A DNA stretch of 64,000 nucleotides from Hormiphora californensis. Lineage: Eukaryota; Animalia; Ctenophora. The notes beneath the pieces were generated by a model. That model did not search any database and was not told where the DNA came from. It was given only the letters and a program-made list of their open reading frames with translations. The stretch covers positions 5,828,001 through 5,892,000 of the forward strand of contig CM035359.1 in assembly GCA_020137815.1 (NCBI GenBank), read 5' to 3'. Below, one piece after another: positions 1-25,794 of this stretch (position 1 is the first letter of the stretch; every line of letters begins with the position of its first letter). A program made the translations under genes and the position numbers.

Positions 1-109
1 TTTACTGCTCGTCCTATGTCTTTTCAGTAGTATCATGTTACCCACCCACACACCCACACAAACACACAATATGAACAGCAGGTGCGTCACAGACATAGTC
101 TACGGTGTT

Positions 110-297
110 TCACCTCCTCGCCTCTCTCTCTCCTCTCTCTCTCCTATGATCTCTCACATCTCTCCCTCTCTCGCTTCATCACTCTCACTCTCTGTCCCTC
201 TCACTCTCCCTCTCTCTTCTTCGTTCTCTCTCCTCTCTATCTTCTCTGCTCTCACTCTCATCTCATCTCTCTCTCGTCTCTCTCTCTCATCTCGTCG

Positions 298-334
<37 letters not shown>

Positions 335-476
335 CTCTTCATACTCTCATCTCTCTCTTCTCTCAGTCTCTCTCTCTCCTCTCTCTCTGCTCTCTCTCCT
401 CTCCTCTCTCCCTGGCCCTCTCTCCCCTCCTCTCGCCGTCTCTCCTCTCTCCTTCTCTCTTCTCTCTCATCTCTCG

Positions 477-508
<32 letters not shown>

Positions 509-852
509 CCTCTCATCTCGCTCTTCTCTCGTCCCCAAAAATATTTCTTTCTTGCCTGTCACTTCTGCTACTCTCACTTCTTCACTAGTGCTCTGTTCTT
601 GCCATGTCACTAGCTCTACTTCTTGAACTAACGTTACTCCCGTTCCCAATACGTAGCTGACTCCTATGTCAGTTTAAAAAAAAGTAGTAGTCTCTCTCTC
701 TCTCTCTCTCTCATCTTCTCTCTCCGTCTCTCTCTCATCACTCATCTCTCACATCTTCTCTCGTTCTCTCTCTCTCCTCTCTCTCTTCTCATCGTTCTCC
801 TCTCTCTTCTCTCTCTCTCATCATCCCTCTCTTCTCCCATGGCCCTCTCTCC

Positions 853-890
<38 letters not shown>

Positions 891-1203
891 TCTCTTCTCT
901 TCACCTCTCTCCTCTCTCAGTCTCCTCTCTCTCCTCTCTCTCTCTTCTCTCTCTCTCCCCAAAAATATTTCTTTGCCTGTCACTACCCGTTGCCCAGACG
1001 TAGCTGACCTCTAATGTCATTCTAAAAAAAAGTAAGTAAGGCTCCTCTCCTCTCTCTCTCTCTCTCCTCTTCGTCTCTCTCTCTCTCTCTCATCTCTCTC
1101 TTCTCTCCTCTCTCTCGCTCTCATCTCTGTCTCTCTCTCTCTCCCCTCTCTCCTGCCCCTCTCTCCTCTCTCTCTCTCTCTCTCCTCTCTCCGTCTCATC
1201 CTC

Positions 1204-1239
<36 letters not shown>

Positions 1240-1360
1240 ATATCTCTATCTCTCTCATCTCTCTTAATCTATCTCTCTCTCTCTCTCTCTCTCTCCCCAA
1301 AAATATTTCTTGCCTGTCACTCCCGTGCCCCAGACGTAGCTGACTCTATGTCAAGTTAAA
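110..1360. repeat. Degenerate (CT)n tracts interleaved with three copies of a ~70-bp unit
   Basis: CCCCAAAAATATTTCTT..GCCTGTCACT..ACGTAGCTGAC..ATGTCA at ~533-680, ~957-1030 and ~1294-1360. Confidence 0.8.
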
Positions 1361-1667
1361 TGATAGAGTCGAGACACTCAGGTAGAACTGCTGTGGGAGG
1401 GAGAGGGAGTGAAATGAAGAAATGAACTATAATGAAAGGGAGAGGTAGTGAGCAAAAAATAAAGAAATGAACAATGAAGAGAGAAAGTCACACAGAGAGA
1501 AATATGTGTTATAGGCAGCGTTGAGCGAGATTTGTCTCTTGACGCGTGTATAATTGTTCTGATTTCCAATCTCTACAATATGTCACTTTCAGGGGTATTG
1601 TCATCTAGAGAGCAGTCAATGAGCTGAAACGACCATCAGGAAATGATATATCGCTTATCAATTGTAA

Positions 1668-1701
<34 letters not shown>

Positions 1702-1712
1702 TGAGAGAGAGA

Positions 1713-1762
<50 letters not shown>

Positions 1763-2649
1763 AGAGGAGAGAAAGAGAGGGATGGAGAGTTCCGGAACTG
1801 TGCTATGCGTAAGGAAGTGTGACAAACGAACTAACAAAGTTGCAAATACACACACACAGTTGATAGCATTACCATTTCTAAATTTGGATGCCCTGCCTTC
1901 TAAATATCCTTCTTTTTTCGTCGCTTCTCTAAGTGCCTCTCTGTCTATCTTTTTCTCTGTCTATCAATGCCTCTGGTTCTCTCTTTCCATCTCTCTTTCT
2001 TTTTAAAGCCACAAACAGTGTAATACCGTATGTCGATACCACGCCCTGTTTCTTCCCTGGCAAACTTTTCACACATAATATTCCGTCCACCCACGATGCA
2101 ATATAGTTGGTTTCTGAGTAAATGTAAATCTCTCAAGGGAAAAGGCACCCATACCACGATCTATTACGGACTACCAATCATTTTGAGCTATGCAAATCAA
2201 TCATTTTCCTCCCATTTTCTCTCTCCCTCTCTCTCTCCCTATCTTTAGCTCCATCTCTCTCTTTTAATATCTACATCGAATTCATTTTAGGGCAATAAAA
2301 GCCATAGGTGTCACTTTCTGACGAACATATGTCGTAAGAGACCCATCCATTCCATCCGTCTATTATAATGCACTACGTATTATAGTTCCCCACAAATGAC
2401 AAATCAAGATCCAATTTCCGACGCGAAATCCAAGTTCCGAAATCGTTCAATTTCAATCAATTCCATCAAGTTTACCCTATCTGTCAAGTGTCAGTGAAAC
2501 AAATTTGTTCTATGATTATTGTTTACCACGATTGTTTCCTTATTCCTACCCCCTAATCCACTAACTAAACCCCAATTAACCCCCTAATCCGCTACCCCCT
2601 AATCCACTAACTAAACTAAACCCCAATTAACCCCTTCCTTTTCTCTCAG

Positions 2650-15299
<12,650 letters not shown>

Positions 15300-16450
15300 T
15301 CTTGTTACCATGGCAACCGTTGCCAACAGCTTAATCGAGTTCAGGGAGATATTAGAGGACAGTGCGAATGATTTTGGACAAGTTTTATTAATGTGTGTGG
15401 AAATAGAGAATTCGGGGATGTCGTTTTGACAAGTTTTGAGAAGAATATAGTCGTATAAATTTAAGGTTTTGGGTAAAAACACAGGGTGTATAATAATCGT
15501 GTGTACTTTAGATCGTGTATAGTGAAAGTGATCGGTACATATCCCTATATCAATCGAATGCTAATCTCTCTTTTTAGTTTAACTAAATGTAGACAATGTA
15601 AATATATATCTCAATGATTAAAAAGAGCTTGATTATTCCCTTATTTTTTTAAAAACTTTAAAAAATAAGAGAGGTCAACATATTTCGTTAGGGGGCAGTT
15701 AGACGTTATTTCTTCTGATTATATTTCCGCGACAAGAACAGATCTCAGTGGGAGAGAGTATGATACACCAGCTGTGAGTGTGAACACACCATATATGGTC
15801 ATATACAATGGCCATATATGGTCATATGCAATGGCCATATATTGATATCCTGTCTGGAGGCATCGATCCGATCTGAGCACAGAATCAAAACGGGGCCGCC
15901 AGACAGTCGATATATATCTGGATCCAGAGTAGAGTGTGTTTCTGTTGCATGTCACTTCAGATAATTTTAATGACAATTAACACCAAAATCATCTTGTTTC
16001 GAATTGGTTGAATGGAAGGTACTGGAAAGCATCTCAGGACGAGAGTATTATGACTGCAACCTGGTCGAATTGGTTGTTGCTTTGGGTATATCAAGCAATC
16101 CCCTGTACGTAGTGCGAGGCATAGGCTCCGACGTCGTTAGCAGCTTCACTGCCAATACGTTGCGTACAGTTTCAGCTCACTGCTAGTGCTACTGCTCTCA
16201 AGTAAAATATTAGATGCTTTCCAGTTTATGTCAAATTAAAAACACGCTGTTTTTGTTTTGAAGGTGACGGGTATGAAATTTATAAAATACTTAGCATAAG
16301 ACACAGACAGATACACATACTTCTATATTACAATTCTCTCAGTCTCAAAAATTGGGCACCCTGTGCCCTCTTTCTTTCTAATTCTCTCTCTCTTTCCTTC
16401 TCTCTTTCTCTGCCCACACTCTTTTAAACGAGAAAGCGGGCATGCTATTT

Positions 16451-16611
16451 CTCTAAAGTCGGATTTTTTGAAGTTGTCACCCCAAAATGACTGCGCATGT
16501 GAAATTTATCAATTTTGACGCGCACACCACACGTTAACATATGATGTGACGCGCAAAAACATTCCGTGCACGAAAAGGGGGGTGACAACTTCAAAAAATC
16601 CGACTTTAGAG
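16451..16611. mobile_element. ~160-bp MITE-like element with 33-bp inverted repeats
   Basis: CTCTAAAGTCGGATTTTTTGAAGTTGTCACCCC ... GGGGTGACAACTTCAAAAAATCCGACTTTAGAG; no clear TSD seen. Confidence 0.7.
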
Positions 16612-16878
16612 GGGGCCTGACTCTTTTAACAGACCAATTGAAAATCAGCCGTCCAATAGAGTTGACATATAATATCACTGTCTTTCTCGTAAGAAATCTC
16701 TCTAAATATACATGCAACTAAACAAAAACAAAAACCCGAGAAAAAAGTTCGAGTGTGTCCAGACACTTCAGAACAGGAGTTGTTGATGTTTCTTTAAAAA
16801 GTGAAATCCTCGTATTTCCATATATGGAGCGAAAACTAATGCCCGTATATGGAATGATAATATATTGTCCGGGAATTA

Positions 16879-19800
16879 TCATTCTTGGCGGGCGAGGAAA
16901 GATTTTGATGTGGCATCGTCATCCCCGGACAACTTTCTTGTCTTGATGTGGTATTCGGATAGAATCTGAAAATAGGGTCGATCAAGAATCGTGATTGGCA
17001 TACGAATTTTAGAGGGGTGGCTTTTAGAAGGGGGTATAATGGATCACTAACATCGCTGAGTTGCTCCCCATTTCCACTGAAGTAGGCAATAACTGCAGAA
17101 TTAAACATCTCCAACTGCTGCTTCATGACTGTGTTCTGAAAGGAAGTCGTGTTTTAGATCTGTGGCGCTTGTCAGCGCAGTTTTTAAACAAGAGTGTGGC
17201 GCGCCGTTTGATTTCGTGTCGCGTTGGCGCGCAGCGCGACGGTGGGCAGACCGGGTAAAGATTGAATGAAATGGCGGTCGCGCGTTCCATAAAATTCCCA
17301 CGGAATCCTGGACCGGCGAAACTGAGCGTTCCGTGGGCGTCTTGAGCCACTGGGTATTGATTTAGTGTTATTCACCTTGTTTTCATTTAACAGGTTCATC
17401 TTGGTGTGAGTATCTTGCATTAATCGCTCCCACTTTCTTTTCCTGTCATCGTACGTGATCTGTATTGAGAAAAAAAAAAGTTAGTTTAAAAACCACCTCC
17501 GTCTTTCTTAGTCCGACTTCGGAACTAAACGATTGCATAACTCATACTGGACTATACTCCAGAGACTAGTGATCTACGTTACCTGAATTTCAAGCAGTTT
17601 GTTCTTATTGGCATCGGTTTGTGGAGCATTCTGCAGATTAGTAACTTCGTTCCGATATGCGTCATACTCAATTCGAGCATTTTCATAGTTTCTGCAGGGT
17701 TAGAATAAGCGTTAACTCTTTGTTAAGCCGAATTTATTTTCACCATGACACTCTCATTATCTCCCCAAACCCCATTTCTACCATCTCACGACTTACTTAA
17801 CAGTCAGGATGGTATCTTGCATGGTGACATTAACCAGGGTATTGAGAGAATCCACAAACGATTTGATTGCCCCTGTGAGTGGAGAAGTCTAGTGAGGAAT
17901 TCTCTTGATATATGACCCTCCTTTACATTTGCACACGGAAAGAGGGTCGAGCAAGAAAAGATTTATCAGGGTACATAAAATACAGTTGCAGAGATATAGG
18001 AATGTAGAAACATCTCAAACAGTAACTTACCTAACAGGCCCTTTCCGTTTCGTTCTAATATCAGATGAGTCGTTGAGTTAGCTTGAAGTTGCTCACCTAG
18101 CTCAGGAGCATGCGCCACCATTGTCTGAAATAATTCAATTTTAACCAAATTGGAGCAGATTATATTTGTAACGATTTATTACACAAGTGACAAGATCTCT
18201 GTAAATATTATGTGTATGGTCTCCCCTCTCTTACATTGAACTGCGTCCTCAGAAGTTGATGGGATGTAAGGAGTGCCTCAAACCGTGTGTGTAATGCCCT
18301 GGATTCTCTTAGCATGGCAGCAAACTGCAGCTTCTGTATCTTTAGATCGGATATTCTTTCCTATGGGGAGAATTTAGTTAGAATTCATTATCTGAAATAA
18401 ACAAAGTCAACTGAACATGGAACTACTATACCATTATATAATCCCTGTTTCACCACGCTCCATGTTTCAAACTTCTCAACACTACTTTAAACAAATTAAT
18501 TTGAGAAAGCCATGTCCAAGTAAAAAAACCCCGGACGCTAGACGAGACCCCGGTCACCACATGTTTAAGAAGTGACTCTACTCCCCCCGATTTAACCCCT
18601 GAACGAGTTCTTTTCCACTCTACTCTTCCGCCTCCTCACGGATATCCCCGATCAATGTATATTTGAGCCCCCGGGCATTGGGGACTTAGAAGATATACAA
18701 TCTGATAAGTTCTGGTAAAAAAAGCGGTTTTTATAAGGCTGCTAAACAACACCACTCAAAGCCGGCCCACCCCCGCGCCCCGAAAAAGGGGGTTCAGTAT
18801 GATGAGGGGTTTTACAGGGGGCTATACACTACCGAAATTTCGTTTCCCCGACCCCGGACGAGCTGAAAACAACAGTCCCCCAGCATTTTGGGGGAAAATC
18901 CCCGAACCCCCACCTCTAAAATGCTCTCCAGTACTGGGAAGTGGGGGGGGAGAGTTCGAGCTGGGCAATAGAACCCTAACCCAAATTTAGTTTTCCCATG
19001 GCTAGGTCAAGGAGTTTCGGAACGGGTTTAATGGGTGTTCTTGGTATATTATAGGGAACAGAATGCGAAACTGGGGTCCACTCCGATGGGGAGCGCATGA
19101 ACGACCCGGATCTCCTATCATCAAGTTTGAAGGACAGTCTGGGAACTGGTGTTCAGGAGCGAAGACCCACATATTTAAAAGCCTGTTTCGATTTGGGGGG
19201 AAGGGACTGTGTGTATTCACCCCGGAATGTAGGATCTTTAAAAATTTGCAGTGAAAAGGAGGCACCAGGACCACACCAGGGGCTGGAGGCAGTGCTGTCA
19301 TTTAGAAGGGTGGACAAATTGGAAACGGTGCTACATCCCCCCCGCCCAATCCAAAAAAAATGTCTGTGGGAGTTCCCCCTCCCCGCTATACCCCCTCCCC
19401 AGTCCATCAAAAAAATCACAATCCCCAGTACCGAAAAAACCCCACTCCTCCCCCCTCCCCCCCCTTCACCAATGGGGTCTCCTATGCCGGGAGCAGTCCC
19501 CACCTTCTCCGAGCTAACGGCGCTTGTCTGGTACTGTCCGAAATTGCTGTGATGCCCCTCCTGCCAACGGAACCAGGGATACTGGATCCCCCCGCGGGGG
19601 ACTAGGGGGGGATGAGTCCCCCCTCTGACGATACCCCCCCGTCAGGTGTCAGCCCTAAAGGAGGGTTCCCTTACACCAGCAGACTGAAATCTCCTCCTAC
19701 TCCCCCCCTCTCAACTAGGAACAGCCACCACTTCATCGAACTATGAGCATGTTGCCTTGGGAGATTCAATGTTAAAGGGACTGTGTCTGGGTGGGGTTAA

Positions 19801-22800
19801 GGTCTTTGCCTATGGAGGCATCACGATTCGCGGGCTGCACGACAAGATAGTGGGCTTCATCCCTGACAGCTCTACAAAAACTGTGACCCTATTGGTCGGG
19901 ACAAACGATTTAGATAGTAGCCTTTCGATATGGTCAATAGTAGATAGATATATCGATCTCATGGAGGTAGTACGTAGGGCCTATCCAAATGCCCTGATCA
20001 ATTGTATAAATGTTCTACCTAGGGCGGACATTAGAGATATTGGGATGGATATAGTGAGGCTTAATAGGCTATTGGAGGATTTCGTTGAGATGGAGGTAGT
20101 CGGGGCTTCATGGATTAGGCTCTTTAGGGAGTACCTGGATCACTGTGGGTGCTGTCCCAATCTCAACCTTCTAGCGAGAGGGAGGCTGCACCACAGTGTG
20201 AAGGGGAAACAAATACTTATTAACTGTATCCTGAGATGCATTGGTAGAGCAATCGAATATAGAAGGCGATATAGAGCAGATCGGGTGGCCGGCTCCTGAG
20301 CTACAAAAATTTTGGTTTGAAATGATAGATCTTGAAACTTATCGCAGTCGTATTGGAACCCACTACCAACGTAAATCTAACCATGAAAACAACAAAACAA
20401 ACCGACTAAGACACTACACATCACAATATTCCACAACATACCGCGAACCCCCGTATAATTCTCAATTTCTTCGCTTTTTCTTAGCCGGTTCCGGTGTCTT
20501 TCTATATGGATTCATAATATTTCTATGTTTTCTCGGCCTTTCCAGGCAGTCATTCTCCAACAATCTAGACCATTGCTTGCCACGATCTGTTCAGAGTGGC
20601 AGTTTTATGAAACCTCAAATCTATCCCCTTTATTTAGCAATACAAATGGCATACCTTTTATGCATAACCTCCAGTAGCAACATATCTTCTAAAAGAAATG
20701 ATATAAAAATCAAAACACTGTTTTTCCTGAAAACATTAGTCAGATCTCTAATATACTTTTTTTCGTAGCTAGTGGCACTGCTACTCTAGTGATACAACCC
20801 TGATTACCAATCCGGGCCAAAACAAAGTTGAAACTAGACCCTTAAAAAGTATTTTTGTAACATCAGGGTTTAATAAAGAACCTAGACCTCAAAAAATCCA
20901 ACCTTCCAGGCAAATAAAAAGTGATTTAAGGGCCCATACCTGTAACTTATCCCCCGATATATTTATTCTAAATGAAAATGGTTTTCTAAGTTATATAGAG
21001 ATAATGAAGTGGTATGGATCAGACTACACAGTTTATAGAAAAGATAAAACTACGGGCGAAAAAAAAATACAAAAAAAAAGGGGGGGGGGGGTAAGATCAG
21101 AAAAAAAACAATGCGGGTTTAAAGTTTTCTATATAAGGAAATTTGGAGATCTTCCCATTTAAAAGGCTTGTTAAAGCAAAAAAAAAGGGGAAAACTTTTT
21201 TATCTAACATATTATAGAATGATTACAGTAGTTGAGTTTGCAATCAGTAGAGGAATATTATTAGAGCTCATAAAAAGATATAGCAACATAGCATTTATAG
21301 GTGACTTGAATTTTAAGTTCAGTAAGGACGGGGTGTACCCGTACTTCGAACTCCAGCCACTCCAGGTTCCTGGTATTTGATAATTTAGGTCTAAAGTTTA
21401 AAATTAAAAAAATCTACCCATCGTCAGGTAAATTCTCGACCTCATCATGACTAATCAAACTGATATGTTTTTCAAGCACTATCCCAACCCAAAACCCTTA
21501 CTTCTTCTGATCTTTTCCCTTAACAGCTGATATCCCCCGATCAAGAAACCCAAGTCTGTAGAAAATGAGAAAAATTTTTTTACAAAAAGGCGGATGGAAA
21601 AGCATAAATAATGAATTAGGTAAAGTTTATGGGGGCCTTTTTTAGAAAACCGTACAATTAAAAAAAAAGGAATCTTAAATCAAAAAGGACATAATCTTAG
21701 AAAACAATTTTCCCATGGTTTCGTTAAAGTTGGGGAAAACCCCCATGGGAGACAGTGAGTGAAAAATCTAAAAAAAAATCGATGAGAAAAAAAGTCAGCT
21801 AAAGCTCGGGGCAGATCCTGCCCCTTTAAAAATTTTTCCCAAAAAATTGAAAGGATATAGGGAAATGGTTAAAAATAAAAAGGAAAGTTATTTCACTGCG
21901 AAGGGCCCGGAAACTCTGTTCTAAAAAGTTGTACAAACCATTTGGTCTTATCACTAGTACTAGAAATTCCGAGTTCTACAAACGAAAAAAATCCATCCAC
22001 AATTAGAAGAAAATGTAACATGTTTTAATTTCTTTTTTAGTCAACAGTTCTGGGTAGCAGTGATTAAAAAAACTCACGTTAATTAAGAGAAATAATTTTG
22101 GGGCTGAATGACACTTATTTTAGGAAAATGATGTTTTTAAAATCTCAAAAATTTAGACCATCAAAACCACTGGTCCGATAATATAGAGGGGATTGTCAAA
22201 GAAATGCGGGGTTTTTTCTTAGTAAACCCTTTTCCCTTTTTTTTAATAGCTGTTTTCCCCGCTGGCGTTTTCTGCCGAATGGGAAAAATGCCAATGTTGC
22301 CCTATACACAAAAAGTGTGCCAAGAACGATGTTAGGGAAATTTGGCCCATATCCCAAAAAGTTTAGTATGAAAGTCTTTGAAAATTTAGTCGGGCAAAAC
22401 TTACTCTCAATGCAAAGAAAAATAAAAAAAACATAAAAGGCTTTTTCCTCATAAATCTGTAAAACACAGCTTATTGAAATTTTCGCAAATTGCCTAAATT
22501 CTAAACAATCACCCAAAAAGATATGTTTATTTGACTTTTTAAAGGGTTTTGATAGTTCTCCAAAGACTTAAATTAGAAAAAAATTAAGAACCAAAATTTA
22601 TATAGCGGGAAAACTGCTAAACTTTATAAAAAAATTTTCTCCCAAAATCGAAGACAGCGTGTAAAGGGAGATGGCTCATTCCGATGGACTCTGTAACACC
22701 CGGTTGTAAACCCCAGGGTTATTCTGGCCCCTAATTTTTTCCATTTAAAACGTATTGGGTTTTAGTTAGGGGATGGTACCAAATAAAATATATGCCGAGA

Positions 22801-24847
22801 CTCAAAATTGGCGGGAAAAAGAGTCAAAACCAGTCTGCAGTTAGATATAGATAATTAGAAACGGGAGCACTGAAATAAAATGAAGTTTCATCCTTAAATG
22901 TAAAGTAAAACGTAACAGTAAAGTGGTTAAGATATTTTGAATTATTGGGGGGAGTAAAAACTAGATGTACATGTCGAAACGTTTTTGGGGTGTTATGCGG
23001 GGAAAAATAAGCTACACTGATCCCTCGAATTTGTTCAAAAAACTTTACAAAAAACTAGGTCTGTCAAACGGCACTGTAATATGGTTGTCAACACAAGCTA
23101 AAAAAACTCTTTAAAAGTAATTAGGACTTTTAAACTGTTTTCCCAATTGGGACCCTTTAAGTGATAATGGTCTCAGTAAGTTGAAAAAAAATACAAAAAA
23201 GGGGGTGTGAAATTTCTTTTAAGAAAAATTGTAGCTACACTGAATGAAAAATTTGAGAAAATTTTGTGAACTGAAACTATTCCGATGTCCTCAAATTCCC
23301 TTTCACCGATATACTCTTCTGCACAAAAAGTTATTTCACATTCCCCGCAACTACCTGCAACTACAATGTAGGGCAGACAAAACCCATTTTACTAGAACAA
23401 CGAGATTCCAGAGTGAGAGAGAGACCTTCATATTGTTTGTACCGAGAGGGCAAGACTTGAGTCATTTGAGCAGTCATTTTTCTACAGAACACATTTGGCC
23501 TGGAATTTACTCCCACTGTCTCTAAGAGAAATATGCAACCCTGCACTTTTTTCCATTAAACTCAAGAACCACATGCTAGAACACGGAGTAACATAAAATA
23601 TCTTCTACTACAGCTGTATCTCTATTACTAGCCCTCTAATCCTAGATTTAAGGAAAGTACAGCTGTGAAGCATTTTGCTGCACTCTCTTTCTCTCTCTCT
23701 CCCTCACTCTCGCTCTCTCTCTCGCTCTCTCCCTCATTCTCCCCTTCTCTCAAAACCTCTCTAATATATCTCTCCCTCCTGCACTCTTTCTACTTCCTAA
23801 AACACTCTCTCCAGCATGACTATATGACGTGACTCACCGACAGGACAAAATAATCTAAAATACACAAAAATAAAATTTAATAAATCAATACCTCTAATTT
23901 ATTAAACTAATTTATTATCTACATTACCCTATAAATTGATTTAGTGTGACTCTGCGGCGTAAGCGTCTAATTAGACCTGCCTCTAATCTGCTCTATATAC
24001 AGGGACTTATATATATTTATATTTTTATGTGTGCTACTTTTCCTGTATATGTTGCAAATTAGTTTAAAATCAAATCAAAATCAAATCAAATGAGGGTCAG
24101 AACACAAGATGTGACAAAAGATGTGGCATGGTTGAATTGTTCACACTTCAGTGGATATGGCTAATGGCTACTCACGTCAGTATCCTTATCAACTGTTTTT
24201 GTTGTGTTCCCTAGTTTCTCTCCGACCAGTTGTTTTGTGTACTTGTAGTTTGTTATCGTCCACTTCTTGATTTGTTCCAGTTTAGGGGGCTCCAATGTTA
24301 AACACTGTACGGGGAACAATCTATCAGATTAGGGAACACAAATACCAATTGGAAAGGGAGGTATGGGTTGATCTACCGAACCCTCACAGCCTGTGAGTCA
24401 CATGAAATAAAATGACGGCGTGAGCCACACAAGGTATTGGGTGAGCAAATATATTCCCACATATATGAGTAAACCTTTGGGAAACCTTTCAATAATGTGA
24501 ATCAAAAGTCAGTAAAAACTAAATAAAGCACCTTTTTATCGGAAATAAATGGATTATCAGTAAAGCTGTCAGTAAACTGTCCCCCTTCTACTAATCCACT
24601 TTCTATCTGTCTGTCGTTTGTCTGTCTGTCAGTGTTATAGTCTGTCTGTCTGTCATTATAGTCTGTCATCATTTCATATTGTTCTAACTGATCAGATGAT
24701 GGGGTGGTGGTACTGTCGGGAGTTTTCATATTGTGGAAGAGTTATTATATTGTACAATTCAACACACACAGTAGTAGGAGACAAAAGGAAACAGCGGTGT
24801 GTTGAGAATGGTGGTCGTGTGCGGAGAGAGAAAGAGAGAGAGAGTGA

Positions 24848-24932
<85 letters not shown>

Positions 24933-25723
24933 CTACTACAATAACATACAATATGTGCGGCACCAGGTGCAGCTACCATCTGGTTACTGTAGGATTGTGT
25001 GGTTTTGTGTGACACGTATTGATCGAGGAAGGAAGCATTTAAAAAGGAACGAAAAATAATCAAAAAAATCTTGATCGCTCTGAACCTACCACTTTTCTGA
25101 GATTCAGTGGGGGTGCGAACTCCAATGATGGCTCTAAATCCACCGTCCTTTCCTCAGCACCAGCAGGTAGATCAGGTACTACATCAACCATAGTGGGCAT
25201 GACTTGTAGAGAACACTCCCTTCTATACACAACCTGTTTATCACGTGACTCTTTATTATCAGTATGGGATTCTCTAAATGTTACGTGATCGGTATGTGAC
25301 TTTTCAAATGTCACGTGTTTCTGAACAGATGAAGTTGGTTTATCATCATCCCAAACATCATCCCCGTTCTCCATATCGTCCTCTTCCTCTTCTTCGTCCT
25401 CCAGGGGAAAGAGTTGAGATGCTAATGTCCGTCCCTTTCCTCCCTCCTCAGAGCTGCTATCTGAGGGTGTCAGTTCCTGTTCCGTGGGAAATAACTCCGC
25501 TGCCAACCTTCGTACACCTTCCTCTTTATCAACTTCTTCCGAGTTCTGGACCTCGGAATCTTCCGAATCTTCCCTTCTTCTCTCTGCGGTGTCTTCCTTT
25601 CTTCTCTCACGATCTTCCCGATCCTCGTCCGTATCTTGGTCCATTATAGCAAAAACAGAGACTCCTTCAATAACAAAGTACTAACAGGCCACGAGAGACA
25701 GAAATAGAGAATGACAACGATGG

Positions 25724-25794
<71 letters not shown>

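Larger units (their letters stand above)
18464..24091 (+). mobile_element. Full-length (~5.6 kb) CR1/L2-group LINE, antisense within an arfaptin intron
   Basis: ORF1 ends in an SGNH esterase domain. ORF2 starts MIDLETYRSRIG, with recognisable endonuclease and RT remnants (IAFIGDLN, LDLIMTN, G.D.I, ..PQG..L.PL) in error-rich sequence. 3' tail (AAATC)n at 24066-24091. Confidence 0.85.

Noticed and set aside
35-2006. Ser/Leu-rich and Arg/Glu-rich ORFs
   Set aside because: Translations of (CT)n/(GA)n microsatellites; the same applies to similar ORFs near 3980, 14430, 24850, 25730, 28090, 32400 and 59600-60250.
17430-17845. Frameshifts suggesting arfaptin (and MAGT1 near 29490) are pseudogenes or use programmed frameshifting
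   Set aside because: Single-base indels in short runs within otherwise intact conserved genes, in an evidently error-prone assembly.
18464-18600. SL RNA gene, or NeSL/SLACS-type insertion into an SL gene
   Set aside because: No GT donor or Sm site follows the leader, no SL-intron portion is seen after the LINE tail, and the LINE is an esterase/APE-type CR1/L2 element rather than a restriction-like-endonuclease element.
19757-20299. Horizontally acquired bacterial GDSL esterase
   Set aside because: It lies at the ORF1 position of a CR1/L2 LINE, where esterase domains are well known.
20800-23250. Ancient decay of LINE ORF2
   Set aside because: The damage pattern (homopolymer bias next to clean segments) looks like sequencing error, so the element's age or activity cannot be inferred from it.
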